Below, one piece after another: positions 9,793-19,341 of a DNA stretch of 64,000 nt. Under the pieces are notes generated by a model that worked only from the letters and a program-made list of their open reading frames with translations, was not told where the DNA came from and ran no database searches. Each line of letters starts with the position of its first letter. Positions within the stretch are counted from its first letter, which is position 1. The DNA comes from a virus (Duplodnaviria > Heunggongvirae > Uroviricota > Caudoviricetes), in the IMG/VR virus record IMGVR_UViG_3300042204_000022, one strand, 5' to 3'. The translations under genes were made by a program, and so were the position numbers.

Positions 9793-10851
9793 CTACTTTG
9801 GGTTGACCCATACTGGCATTTTTCCTTCTTTTACGTAGACTTGACCGTCAAATAGGTCAATTTCATACACTTTACCTGAATAATTCTGCTTTTTGATGAA
9901 CTTGGGCGAGTAGGTGGCGGTAACTTCGGTTACTTCGAGCTGTAAAACGTCTTTTCTAAGCTCACCACGACCCGCATCAGTACCTTTTGCTGCGACAACA
10001 CGCACCATAGCACCAAAACCCCACACGGTACACAAAAGTACTAGACTTTTTATCAGTTTATCGTTATTTGTTGTAAATCTATAGGGTCCTTCAGTGTCTG
10101 GTTTACGAGTTAGGGACTTCATTGTGTCAATAAGAGCTTTTGAGAGCGTCTTAGAGCCCCCGTAGACCATTTTGTCGGGTAAATACATATCTTTGCGTTT
10201 AGAAGACCCTAGACGCGTTATAAGACGGTCTGAGAGCGTGTTATTCGTCTTTACACGTATCATCCACTTATCATTCGTGAAAGAAGGTATCAAAGACCAT
10301 TCAACGCCAATTCTGTCAAGTATGTCCGCGAGAAGAACAACCTCATCTTCTCTTTTATCTTTGTCTAGGTAGAGAGTGAGTGCTTTTTTGCGTGGTCCTG
10401 CTTTGTCGAAATAGCCTCTGCACAGCACGAAGCCCACCAAAACGTACCAGTCATGCTCTGAGATGGTTACCCACCTTCTGCCAAACTCTGAATGGATGAC
10501 AATAGTCTCCCTTTTGAATTCTTCTGGTGGAACGTACTTAAACTGACGATATATCCTATTATTTTTGTCAATTTTTAGATTTTTAGCTGGTTCATAACGA
10601 AAATCTCTACCCGAAACGTCAGTAGAGCGGTCATAAGCTACTTTATGGTCGGGAGTTGTAGAGAACTGCCAGTTTCTAGCACCGATCGTGAGGATTTCAC
10701 CGTTGTATTGGCTTTTTTTAAGGGCGAAAGGTTGTATAAACTCCGCATCACCTAAAAAATTTCTGACAAGAACCCTGTCACGACCACCGATGTCTTCGAT
10801 GTTCTTGAAGCCTGAGTCTGTGAAGATGGATGTACCTTCAATAAACGCCAT
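9793..10851 (-). CDS. free-standing Hint-domain / LAGLIDADG-like homing endonuclease-like protein
   Basis: intein-like blocks (TIGARNW..TTPDHKV; LVGFVLCRGYFDKAG) but no Cys1 or terminal HN; separate ORF abutting terL. Confidence 0.5.
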   Translation of the reverse strand: MAFIEGTSIFTDSGFKNIEDIGGRDRVLVRNFLGDAEFIQPFALKKSQYNGEILTIGARNWQFSTTPDHKVAYDRSTDVSGRDFRYEPAKNLKIDKNNRIYRQFKYVPPEEFKRETIVIHSEFGRRWVTISEHDWYVLVGFVLCRGYFDKAGPRKKALTLYLDKDKREDEVVLLADILDRIGVEWSLIPSFTNDKWMIRVKTNNTLSDRLITRLGSSKRKDMYLPDKMVYGGSKTLSKALIDTMKSLTRKPDTEGPYRFTTNNDKLIKSLVLLCTVWGFGAMVRVVAAKGTDAGRGELRKDVLQLEVTEVTATYSPKFIKKQNYSGKVYEIDLFDGQVYVKEGKMPVWVNPK

Positions 10852-10852
10852 G

Positions 10853-12289
10853 TTACCACCTAATATATGAGCTGATGTTCTTTGGCTTGAACTTATTAGC
10901 AGCCATATTTGCGATCATGGCTGAGTCGGCATGGTCAGGCGAGCGAGCAAGTAGCTGTCTCAGCTCTTTCTTGTTAGTAATACGAGGCTTGCCCGTGTCT
11001 AGGTCATAACGGTGAGCGGTGAGCTGTCTTAACAGGTTACCTTTTTCAAAAATTGTGTTGAGAACTTTAACCTTGCCTTCGTCACCGTCAAGCATGAACT
11101 GATAATAGCCTTCGTTTCTTGTCTGAAGCGTCGCCATGTACACATTAACAGCCCAACCGTAAACACGTAGTGCGTCTCTTAAACTGGCTCCGATTCCATT
11201 TCCTTCTATAGTGATGTTCTTTGCAAGGGGTTTAGAGAAACCATGCTTCTCGGCGAAAGCAATAAGCTTACCAGCGATGTGAAACCCAATAGCGTCATCT
11301 TTGCCCTGTGGTGATGAAATTTCGATCTGTTCTGTAATAATTCCATCTTCAACAAGAGTAACTACAGTATCGTCTTTACCTGCGTCTGAAGGGTCAACAC
11401 CAATAAACTTGTTGAACTTTCTGGGTTTTCCGTCTTCGTCAACTGAGTTACCGTCTTCATCATAGATATATTCTGGTCTCTTAAACACGGTCATCTTATC
11501 GACAAGCGCCATAGGGAACAGCGAGTCATCTTCATCCAAGTAATCCCAGTCACCGTCGAGCAGACGCTTCTTTTCTTGAGGGGGTAGACGACGTAGACCC
11601 TCAACGTAGTTCTGGTCAATAAATGGGTTGTCGAGTACGGTAGAACGAACGTATGCGCTGTACGCATCAACGCGTTCATCGTTTACCCAAACGTGACCGC
11701 TCTTCCAGCGTTGCATACGACCGCCACCAAGAGCGTCATATTTGTCGAAGTATTCTTGACGAACGAACCCCGGAGATGGGTTACAAGATGAAACTACCTT
11801 ACCAGTAATTCCATACTCTTTGTTCATCCAACGGTTAACACGAGAGGCAAGAACGTCATACGCTTTTTTATTTACCTCACCTACCTCGTCAACGAATGCA
11901 CCAGTAAGTTCAAGCGAACCGAGGCTTTCCATTTCAGGGTCTGATGGCTTTGCGGTTAGATCGAGCAGAAGAATAGATGAACCGTTCGTGTACTCAAGTG
12001 TTGAGTCAAGAAAGTTGATCTTGTAGTCATTCTCAGTAATCCCCAGTGTGCGATGCACTTTTGAAATAAGTGTGGCGAGAGTAGTTTGCTTTAGGCTCTT
12101 TAACTCTTTACGAGCGAGACCCCAACGCGTGCCGGGATATTTCTTACATGCGATCGCACACAAGAGACCAATGAGAAAGGACTTACCACCTCCTGCTCCA
12201 CCACCAAAGACAATAGATACGACTTGGGGGTCGTCAAACTGTTGCATGGCTAGGCTTTGCACTTCTGAGATTGTTAGGTCGGGGGACAT
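10853..12289 (-). CDS. terL: terminase large subunit
   Basis: Walker A VFGGGAGGGKSF near N-terminus; C-terminal nuclease motif IGVDPSDAGKDDTVV. Confidence 0.85.
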   Translation of the reverse strand: MSPDLTISEVQSLAMQQFDDPQVVSIVFGGGAGGGKSFLIGLLCAIACKKYPGTRWGLARKELKSLKQTTLATLISKVHRTLGITENDYKINFLDSTLEYTNGSSILLLDLTAKPSDPEMESLGSLELTGAFVDEVGEVNKKAYDVLASRVNRWMNKEYGITGKVVSSCNPSPGFVRQEYFDKYDALGGGRMQRWKSGHVWVNDERVDAYSAYVRSTVLDNPFIDQNYVEGLRRLPPQEKKRLLDGDWDYLDEDDSLFPMALVDKMTVFKRPEYIYDEDGNSVDEDGKPRKFNKFIGVDPSDAGKDDTVVTLVEDGIITEQIEISSPQGKDDAIGFHIAGKLIAFAEKHGFSKPLAKNITIEGNGIGASLRDALRVYGWAVNVYMATLQTRNEGYYQFMLDGDEGKVKVLNTIFEKGNLLRQLTAHRYDLDTGKPRITNKKELRQLLARSPDHADSAMIANMAANKFKPKNISSYIRW

Positions 12290-12290
12290 G

Positions 12291-12779
12291 TTACTCCTCT
12301 ATTTGCTTGATTTCGCCTTCAAGCACTTCTGACGCATCAATAGCATCGTCTAGTTGCTTAGAGGGAACAACCTGAATCGTAAACTCAGACTTCTGAAAGA
12401 AGCCGTTATCAGATTCGAGAAGAACCTTATCACCGAAACCAGTTTTGCGAATCCATTCAGCGGCTCTGATGTCTCCACCCATAGCCTTAACCATCATAAC
12501 GGTAGCAATAATGTAACCACCGCTTTTAGACGGTAGTCTGCTCCAGTATTCTGGCTGGTTAGCAACAACCTTATCAATCAAATCATCGTCGTTAAGAATA
12601 TCCCTAACGATCTTGTCGAGGTTGCGAGGACGCTTAGCGACAGAGACAGGGGGCACGTATACGCCCGCTTCTTTTGCTGCTTTAGCTTTTTCTCTTTTTT
12701 CTTTTTGAGCGGCTCTGGCTTTTTCGAGGTTTTTCAACAGCCTTTGCTTACGCTCTTCAGGCGTTTCTGTTTTTGTCAT
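12291..12779 (-). CDS. putative terminase small subunit
   Basis: Lys-rich small protein immediately upstream of terL; positional inference only. Confidence 0.35.
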   Translation of the reverse strand: MTKTETPEERKQRLLKNLEKARAAQKEKREKAKAAKEAGVYVPPVSVAKRPRNLDKIVRDILNDDDLIDKVVANQPEYWSRLPSKSGGYIIATVMMVKAMGGDIRAAEWIRKTGFGDKVLLESDNGFFQKSEFTIQVVPSKQLDDAIDASEVLEGEIKQIEE

Positions 12780-12807
12780 TCTCTATCTATTATAACAATT
12801 TTGCCTT

Positions 12808-12845
12808 TTTACAAATAAAAAACCACCGAGGAGGGTTCGGTGGCG
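12808..12845 (-). terminator. rho-independent terminator
   Basis: CCACCGAACCCTCCTCGGTGG hairpin followed by TTTTTTATTT on minus strand. Confidence 0.6.
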
Positions 12846-13127
12846 GGGGAATAATTTCCAAGGACGTGGTGATGGGCTGGGATACTACTTCTAGCACTTT
12901 ACCAGCATGTCTCGGCTACCTAACTAGTCTCAAAGTAAATTGTCGATTTGTTTTCTTGTAATTAGCCGATTTTCCTAAAACACTCCATTTCTGAAGACTC
13001 GTGCCGCGTCCATGGTTACTCCACGACACTTGTACTCTTTCGAGCTATTTCGGGCTTTATCCGTTAGGAAGATTGTTAAGCTACCATCACCTGTCTATAT
13101 CTAATTATAGCAAACCGTTTATGCTTG

Positions 13128-13748
13128 TCAAGCCTTTTTTGCACTTTTTTCCAAAAAATCGAAAGTTTCTTGCCATGTTGGGATTCTGACCACTGTTGGG
13201 TGGACTTCATGACGCATATTCCAGCCGTACTGACCGAATAAGATAGAGCGAACCCCCGCTTCGGCTGCTGCATTAACATGTTCAGGTGCGTCGTCTATTA
13301 AACAGACCGCCCCTATCTTTCTGCATATCTCTACTTTCGGTACTTCAGCTTCAGGTGTTCTATTAAAGTGTATGTCGCTGAAAACGTCAGGCAGTTGGGC
13401 TTCGACCCACTCTACGGTGCGATCTCTTGAACTATAATCCCTAGCAGTAATAATCTGAAGATCAAACCACCTCTTCAGACCGTTCAAGCCTATTCTTACC
13501 TCATCTGAGACAATTTGGCTATCGGGTTCAACACTCTCTTTGAACTGCTCATACCTATCAAGACATTCAGCAGCACCTATGCCTGCTGCACGACCGAGAG
13601 CACGTTCGTAGTACCCCCAGTAATCGTCGTGGTGCATAAAGTGGTCTAGGGTTAGATCAGTACCATACTTTTCGTTCTGGAATGCAATGAACGAGGCTAG
13701 AGAGGGATTTATAACGTCATCAATATCGATTGCAAGAGTTTCTTTCAT
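13128..13748 (-). CDS. HAD-superfamily 5'(3')-deoxyribonucleotidase-like
   Basis: N-terminal IDIDDV motif, HAD fold signature. Confidence 0.55.
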   Translation of the reverse strand: MKETLAIDIDDVINPSLASFIAFQNEKYGTDLTLDHFMHHDDYWGYYERALGRAAGIGAAECLDRYEQFKESVEPDSQIVSDEVRIGLNGLKRWFDLQIITARDYSSRDRTVEWVEAQLPDVFSDIHFNRTPEAEVPKVEICRKIGAVCLIDDAPEHVNAAAEAGVRSILFGQYGWNMRHEVHPTVVRIPTWQETFDFLEKSAKKA

Positions 13749-13767
13749 ATTTCTATTATACAGGAAG

Positions 13768-14127
13768 CTACCTATATTGCCTTATAATCTCTTTAATATC
13801 ATCTTCGGTTACTTTATTTTGAGCTGTGGACAAATAGTAAATGCCATCAACTGCGTCTTGACCATACGCCGCGACCAATTTAGCTTCGTACACCTTCAGA
13901 TTGCCCCCAAGCTCTACGTTGCAATGATTGCACTGAGGCCAGCAGTTAAATGGGTGCCAGCGAGTGTTTAAGTACCTTCTGGGGCGAAAATGACCGCACT
14001 GAAGCTCTTCTATAGATAAATAATCACCACAAGTAAAGCAGTGGTTGCGACCGAACCTCGCACCACGATTACGAATATGCAGGCTGAAAACACGATCAGC
14101 CTCTCTAATTGAGGTTTGTCTCGACAC
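13768..14127 (-). CDS. HNH endonuclease
   Basis: CFTCG...CGHF...H...CNHCN. Confidence 0.7.
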   Translation of the reverse strand: MSRQTSIREADRVFSLHIRNRGARFGRNHCFTCGDYLSIEELQCGHFRPRRYLNTRWHPFNCWPQCNHCNVELGGNLKVYEAKLVAAYGQDAVDGIYYLSTAQNKVTEDDIKEIIRQYR

Positions 14128-14408
14128 TACGCTCCCATTTTCTTGCGGTCTGCTGCCGAAATCTTTCTATCTGATCTCCATGTACGTAAACTCGCCCAAT
14201 AACTAGAGTTATTACCCATCGGTCCACCGCAATATTGACACGGTACGTTGTCGGTACGCATATCTTGCTTAGTGTATTTACCACAGTCAATGCAGGGCTT
14301 CATAACAAAGTCTCTATTAGCGATGTCTTCTTCGGTGTAGAGACCGTCCATCTCGAAGGTGGTAGGAACTTTATTCATCGGGAGTTGCATACTCCCAAAA
14401 ATCGTCAA
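14127..14408 (-). CDS. zinc-ribbon protein
   Basis: CIDCG...CQYCG. Confidence 0.4.
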   Translation of the reverse strand: MTIFGSMQLPMNKVPTTFEMDGLYTEEDIANRDFVMKPCIDCGKYTKQDMRTDNVPCQYCGGPMGNNSSYWASLRTWRSDRKISAADRKKMGA

Positions 14409-14658
14409 ACTTTTCGTACACTAAACAGGCGGGACAGCGAGAATCTGTACCAACAATTTCAGGGAAATCTTCAACGTCTTTCAGTTTACAGCGAGGACCC
14501 CAGCCCTTTCTGAGTAACCTTTCGACCTGTTTCTTGAGTTCTAGATACTCTTGACGGTCATTACTTATCTTTTTCTTCTTGAATAGCACGTAGCATCTCC
14601 TTTCTCGGTGGTTTTTCTGAGCGTCTGCGTCTTGCGTGTATCTCGTTATGTAGGGCAC
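14371..14658 (-). CDS. hypothetical protein
   Basis: ORF; overlaps neighbours, one of the pair may be shorter. Confidence 0.3.
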   Translation of the reverse strand: MPYITRYTQDADAQKNHRERRCYVLFKKKKISNDRQEYLELKKQVERLLRKGWGPRCKLKDVEDFPEIVGTDSRCPACLVYEKFDDFWEYATPDE

Positions 14659-14848
14659 GACAGATAAACACTTTATTGATTTCTAGCGCCCTAAACTGAC
14701 GCTCGACTTTCGTTTTGTAATCTCTTTCTGGCCAATACTCGTGATGAACATCTTCGTAGCATTCGCCTTCTCTTTCAAAGACACGACAATTCTCACGATC
14801 TTCAGGGCTACAGGGAAAGCTCTCCACTATCTTCTCTTTCTGACACAA
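14561..14848 (-). CDS. hypothetical Cys/His-rich protein
   Basis: ORF. Confidence 0.3.
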   Translation of the reverse strand: MCQKEKIVESFPCSPEDRENCRVFEREGECYEDVHHEYWPERDYKTKVERQFRALEINKVFICRALHNEIHARRRRSEKPPRKEMLRAIQEEKDK

Positions 14849-15131
14849 AAATCTTCATAGTTCTACCCTCATCTTGAACGCTCAGATTAACTTTTTTGTT
14901 TTTGTCCCACATCACCACCTGACGACCTATCATCTTTCTACCACAACAGATAGGACATACGTGCCCCGAAATAGAATAATTCTCTGCGACCACGATTCCC
15001 TTACCGTCGCAGGTGACACATGGCGTGTGGTCAATAATCTCAAGACGGCTTACGTCTGTACGTTGTCTCAGTTCTTCTAGTAGGTCTTCGATTTCATATT
15101 CGCCGAGACCGATTGTGTTTGGTTTTCTCAT
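14808..15131 (-). CDS. hypothetical zinc-binding protein
   Basis: CVTCDG...CPICCG. Confidence 0.4.
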   Translation of the reverse strand: MRKPNTIGLGEYEIEDLLEELRQRTDVSRLEIIDHTPCVTCDGKGIVVAENYSISGHVCPICCGRKMIGRQVVMWDKNKKVNLSVQDEGRTMKIFVSEREDSGELSL

Positions 15132-15385
15132 TTATCTAGTAGCTCCATTAGCTGACACTCAGCTTCGTAGTCTGCACGGTCTGCTTCAGGGTCGCCCTCA
15201 AGCTGTTCACCGCAATCTGCACAAACATACCCCTTGCTCTCGGTCTGATAATGACCGTTGATTCCTAGGTGGTCTTCTACGTAGTCAACAATCTCCATGT
15301 CTTCGTCGTGAAGACAGAAAAACATACCGCCCTCGAACTCCCACGTACATCCTGGTATATATTCGATTTTGATATGCTTTACCAT
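15128..15385 (-). CDS. hypothetical protein
   Basis: ORF; TATAAT 7 nt upstream of ATG. Confidence 0.4.
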   Translation of the reverse strand: MVKHIKIEYIPGCTWEFEGGMFFCLHDEDMEIVDYVEDHLGINGHYQTESKGYVCADCGEQLEGDPEADRADYEAECQLMELLDK

Positions 15386-15417
15386 AAGCTCTATTATAAA
15401 GCGGTCATGCTAAAAAA

Positions 15418-15630
15418 TCAAGAGACTGTTTCATTTTTCTCTGGTAGTTGTTTGATTATCTCTGATGCGATCTTCATTGCATTGTAATTACCGAACCTAA
15501 ACCACTTCACGACAGCGGGGTTTGGGTGTTCAATGCTCATCTTTTTTACATCTACCATCGTAAACGCCTTAAGAATCGCTTTTTTATCTGCTTTCGTTAG
15601 CACTCTACGGCGATCTCGCTTTCTGGCCAC
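15418..15630 (-). CDS. hypothetical basic protein
   Basis: ORF. Confidence 0.4.
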   Translation of the reverse strand: MARKRDRRRVLTKADKKAILKAFTMVDVKKMSIEHPNPAVVKWFRFGNYNAMKIASEIIKQLPEKNETVS

Positions 15631-15857
15631 AAGTCTTCGGGTGATAGGGTGTCCTCTACTGAGGTAATCTGTTTTGATTCGATCGCAATCTCTGCTGCCT
15701 CTTCTGGCAGAACGAATTGCTCTGAATTGGTGAGAAAACCTAGAATCTTTTCACCGCAGAGACCGAGCTTACTTCCTAATGAGGTTATCTCCCCATAATT
15801 ACGACCCCCAAGCACTTCTCCGTTAGCGTACATGATAGCTGCCCTTGTGATAACCAT
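15597..15857 (-). CDS. hypothetical protein
   Basis: ORF with AGGGG RBS. Confidence 0.4.
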   Translation of the reverse strand: MVITRAAIMYANGEVLGGRNYGEITSLGSKLGLCGEKILGFLTNSEQFVLPEEAAEIAIESKQITSVEDTLSPEDLWPESEIAVEC

Positions 15858-15920
15858 AAAACACCCCCTAATTAGCTTATATTCCTATTATAACGGAAAA
15901 TAATCCAAAATGGAAGTGCT

Positions 15921-16562
15921 TTAATTTAATTCGTAAATATATTTGAATTCGGTGTAGTAGACGGTACGATCGTTCATGTTATAAAGACCACCGTAGTTCA
16001 TTTCTCTAATCGTCACCCATTTTTGGTCAAGCGATACACCAGTAACGTATGCTACGTGCCCCGCCCAACCCTGAGTAGTGGTTGCAACGGCTCCCTTTTT
16101 AGGCAGGTCGCCAACACTCCAGCCTTGAGCCTTTGCGTTTTGGTACCAAGTATTTGCATTTCCCCAGAAGTTACCGATGTCTGGTCTCATCGACTTCACG
16201 TACCACGTACAGTTACCGGCAGCATAACGGTTGCCCGCTGCGTCTGGTGCGTACTTATTGATGTGTACGAACATATTATCAAGATTTGCAAGCTGTGATT
16301 TAAGGGCTGTTAGCTCTTTAGAAAGCTCTTCTTTTGTCTTGCTTACCGTTTCAAGCTCTTTAACATGAACCTGTACTTCTTGAGTCTTTGTTTGAACGGT
16401 GTTCTTAATGCTGTCTACTTCGGATTGACGGCTAAAACCCCCACCAAAGATAGAGGGTTCAAGCCCTAAAGCACTGACCTGAGACGAAAATAAAAAGACA
16501 CTGACGAATAAAACGCACAGTGTCGCTAAGATAAGTTCGGAGATTGGTCTAAAACGGCTCAT
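15921..16562 (-). CDS. membrane-anchored CHAP-domain peptidoglycan hydrolase
   Basis: N-terminal TM, coiled coil, C-terminal GNCTWYV...GHVAYV Cys/His CHAP signature; start set at ATG overlapping upstream stop (TAATG). Confidence 0.6.
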   Translation of the reverse strand: MSRFRPISELILATLCVLFVSVFLFSSQVSALGLEPSIFGGGFSRQSEVDSIKNTVQTKTQEVQVHVKELETVSKTKEELSKELTALKSQLANLDNMFVHINKYAPDAAGNRYAAGNCTWYVKSMRPDIGNFWGNANTWYQNAKAQGWSVGDLPKKGAVATTTQGWAGHVAYVTGVSLDQKWVTIREMNYGGLYNMNDRTVYYTEFKYIYELN

Positions 16563-17263
16563 TAGTACCAACCCATCCTGTCGTGGTGTTCTTTTGCTGC
16601 CTCCCATGAGCCATAACGACCATATACGTAAGACTGCATCCAACGTAGTTGACAAACAGCGTCGGTCATCGCACACCCTGCGGTGTCACGAAGTTTTGAG
16701 CATGGTAGAGCCTGTGGGATGCCACACGCTGCGTTACCCTTATAATTACAGTCTGACTGACCGGGATTGTAAGCACATGGGTTACAAACTGATTCGCGAG
16801 TAATCAGATCAACGGCTATTGGGTGGGTTATACCAGCTTGTGCTAACCACGTAGAGCAGTTACCGCTGAGAGCTGATGCTGTCTGGGTTGCTGTTGCTGC
16901 GTTGATAACACGACTTGAAGAAGCTGCGAGTTTGGCTTTAGCTTCTGCTTTGGCTTGAAGCTCTTTTTCTAACCTCTGTCGCTCTTGTTCAAGTTTATTT
17001 TTTTCTTCTTCTAGTTTTTGAACTTCTTCTTGACTCTTTTGTTTGGACTCTTTGGTATGGTCAAGTTCTTTATCAAGCTTCTTGTACTCAGTGTTGAGTT
17101 GCTCGATACTATTTTTCTGGTTCTGTAAGTTTTGCCAAGTTCTTACGGCGTCCTGGAATCCTATGTATGCGATAGTCGCTACGAGGATTAGACCAAGGAC
17201 TATGGTAATTCTTTTGGTACTCATAATCCGGTTGCTGTTACGATTGCTCGTGTGAGTAGACAA
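16562..17263 (-). CDS. membrane-anchored coiled-coil protein with Cys-rich C-terminal domain (possible lytic/transglycosylase-like)
   Basis: TM + long coiled coil + 12-Cys C-terminal domain. Confidence 0.45.
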   Translation of the reverse strand: MSTHTSNRNSNRIMSTKRITIVLGLILVATIAYIGFQDAVRTWQNLQNQKNSIEQLNTEYKKLDKELDHTKESKQKSQEEVQKLEEEKNKLEQERQRLEKELQAKAEAKAKLAASSSRVINAATATQTASALSGNCSTWLAQAGITHPIAVDLITRESVCNPCAYNPGQSDCNYKGNAACGIPQALPCSKLRDTAGCAMTDAVCQLRWMQSYVYGRYGSWEAAKEHHDRMGWY

Positions 17264-17275
17264 CCTTGGTTCTCC

Positions 17276-17659
17276 CTATTTATACAATTTTGAGAATGCT
17301 TTAACTAATATTACCAGCCCGAAAACTGCTTGCGGAAGCAGAGCGATTCTCGATTCTGGGCTATCTACACCTATGAAGATGGTAGCGGTGCTGTAGGCAA
17401 TACTCACAAATACCAGCAGCTGTCCTATCCCCATTATAACATTATTTCTCTCCCTTTTGGCTTGCTCTTTCTCAGCTTTGGTGAGTTTTTTTGCTTTTTT
17501 AGGTGCTAATTTCACTTTTTTGACCGCTTTTGTAGCTTCAATAGCTGCGGTTTTAATCGCCTTAATAGGCGTGAACTCGAACTTTAGTTTATACTTTGAT
17601 AATTCACTCGTTTTCTTGCTCATGTTTCTTATGTTACTAAACGTAAGCACGATTGTCAA
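17276..17659 (-). CDS. holin-like small membrane protein
   Basis: Lys-rich N-terminus, two C-terminal TM helices. Confidence 0.4.
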   Translation of the reverse strand: MTIVLTFSNIRNMSKKTSELSKYKLKFEFTPIKAIKTAAIEATKAVKKVKLAPKKAKKLTKAEKEQAKRERNNVIMGIGQLLVFVSIAYSTATIFIGVDSPESRIALLPQAVFGLVILVKAFSKLYK

Positions 17660-17687
17660 GTATAATTTGTTATACTTGAAAGAGGTT

Positions 17688-18086
17688 ATGTTAAAAGATA
17701 AAAAGAAAATATGCTACAAATGCAAGGGAACTGACGATTTATTCGAGATCAGGGCTCATAAGGGCAAGAATATATACTTCTTGTGCAAACCTTGCAATAA
17801 AAAAGATAAAAAATACTACCACGATTCGGGTAAGAAGATGGTATACGAACATTATGGGGCACGTTGCAACTGCTGTGGCGAAAGCAAGTACCAGTTTCTC
17901 TCTGTTGACCATGTGAACAACGACGGTGGCGAGGAGAGATGGCCTAATGGCAACAGAATAACCGGAGTTCACCTATATAGAAGAATAATTTCATCCAATT
18001 TCCCCGACAAATACCAGATTTTGTGTATGAATTGTAATTTTGGTAAGCGTATGAACGGCGGAATTTGTCCTCACGCAACAGAGTAA
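17688..18086 (+). CDS. HNH endonuclease
   Basis: CYKCKG...CKPCN...CNCCG...VDHVNN...N; start trimmed to ATG with AAGAGG RBS. Confidence 0.7.
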   Translation: MLKDKKKICYKCKGTDDLFEIRAHKGKNIYFLCKPCNKKDKKYYHDSGKKMVYEHYGARCNCCGESKYQFLSVDHVNNDGGEERWPNGNRITGVHLYRRIISSNFPDKYQILCMNCNFGKRMNGGICPHATE

Positions 18087-18092
18087 GAACAG

Positions 18093-18410
18093 ATGTATGT
18101 AAAAAGAAATGGTAGATTAGTTAAAATCACCAAAATATCAATCGGTGCGGTGTCGCCATCACTTCTAAAGACAAAAAGAGACGCTTTCGAACGCAAAAAG
18201 AAGACAGCGGCATTCAAGAGGTGGAGAAAATACCAATATGCCATCGTTCAGAAGGGTCGCTGTTACTACTGCCACAGACCAATTAAGGGTAAATGGGTGA
18301 CAGACCACATCATTCCCCTGTTTAGAGGGGGCACTTCAGCGTATAAAAACCTCTGCGTAACATGCTGGGAGTGCAATCAACGCAAAGGTATTAAGATTTT
18401 GAAGCCGTAG
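18093..18410 (+). CDS. HNH endonuclease
   Basis: CYYCHRP...DHIIP...CWECNQRKG. Confidence 0.7.
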   Translation: MYVKRNGRLVKITKISIGAVSPSLLKTKRDAFERKKKTAAFKRWRKYQYAIVQKGRCYYCHRPIKGKWVTDHIIPLFRGGTSAYKNLCVTCWECNQRKGIKILKP

Positions 18411-18470
18411 ATATTGACATCGCTTATGTTATATAATATACTGCACTTATAAAATAATTAAGGAGAAGCG

Positions 18471-18905
18471 ATGTCAAAGAATACTAAAGAGTGGGACGAT
18501 ATGACAAAATCAGAAAAAAGAATTGGTATTATCGGTCTGATAGTTATATGTATTATAGTCCTAGGGGTTATAGGCTCTCTATTCGGTGGGGGCGACGCAG
18601 CGAGCGACAGAAGCATAAACCTCAATGATATTAAGGGCAAAGAGGGTCTAGTGGTATACAAAGACCTAGTAAACAAAAACTACGTCGTGAGCGCTGAGTA
18701 TGTCAACGATAGACTTCCGTCTGTGAACAAAGATATGACAGAATCATTTACGTCGGCGAATGTAGACAATTGCGAAGATAGGTTGGGATTTGATGCCTAC
18801 ACCGTGAGCGATATTGAGCAGAGCGGCGATAACGTGAAGATTGTTCTAACTGTAACGCCAAACAGTAACCAGACATGCCCTGACGGTTCAAAATATAATC
18901 CATAG
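18471..18905 (+). CDS. membrane-anchored hypothetical protein
   Basis: signal-anchor TM after Lys-rich N-terminus. Confidence 0.45.
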   Translation: MSKNTKEWDDMTKSEKRIGIIGLIVICIIVLGVIGSLFGGGDAASDRSINLNDIKGKEGLVVYKDLVNKNYVVSAEYVNDRLPSVNKDMTESFTSANVDNCEDRLGFDAYTVSDIEQSGDNVKIVLTVTPNSNQTCPDGSKYNP

Positions 18906-18923
18906 AAATAATACCTTGATTAA

Positions 18924-18957
18924 AAAACACCCTGCGATGTGGGGTGTTTTATTTTGA
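18924..18957 (+). terminator. rho-independent terminator (bidirectional)
   Basis: AAAAAACACCCTGCGATGTGGGGTGTTTTATTTT. Confidence 0.65.
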
Positions 18958-18969
18958 GGCCGTGAGACG

Positions 18970-19341
18970 CTAGATAGAATAGGGAGTGTGACAATGAGGA
19001 CAGATTATGTCAGACGCTCTCTGCCCGTACCTTATTCCACCCAGCCATAACTCTAAATTCTCTGGACGGTTATCCGTTCTGATGCCGTTGACATGGTGGA
19101 CACTCTCATTACGCTCCAGCTTCCTACCGAGTTTTTCTTGCATCACTACTCTGTGATGAGCGATTCTCTTGCCCTCATGCCAGACCTGGACATACCCATC
19201 CTTGTCTATGTATGTCTCATCGGCCCTGCGACCACGCTGCGATAATGAGTAATGGTCGTTGCACTTGACATGCTTAACTACCTTGCCTAGACGAACATAG
19301 GTCTTAACGGGTCCACCGCAGCCGTCTACTATACAAGTCAT
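18970..19341 (-). CDS. HNH endonuclease (HNH_3-type)
   Basis: HHRVVMQEKLGRKL...VHHVNGIRTDNRPENLELW; start trimmed to internal ATG. Confidence 0.65.
   Translation of the reverse strand: MTCIVDGCGGPVKTYVRLGKVVKHVKCNDHYSLSQRGRRADETYIDKDGYVQVWHEGKRIAHHRVVMQEKLGRKLERNESVHHVNGIRTDNRPENLELWLGGIRYGQRASDIICPHCHTPYSI

Noticed and set aside
14371-14848. Two ~95-aa ORFs overlapping by ~100 nt in different frames
   Set aside because: They cannot both be full length. Both are kept as low-confidence features, since neither has a decisive motif.
17457-17687. N-terminal 77-aa hydrophobic extension of the HNH ORF 17457-18086
   Set aside because: It overlaps the minus-strand holin-like gene. An internal ATG with AAGAGG RBS at 17688 gives a canonical-size HNH protein.
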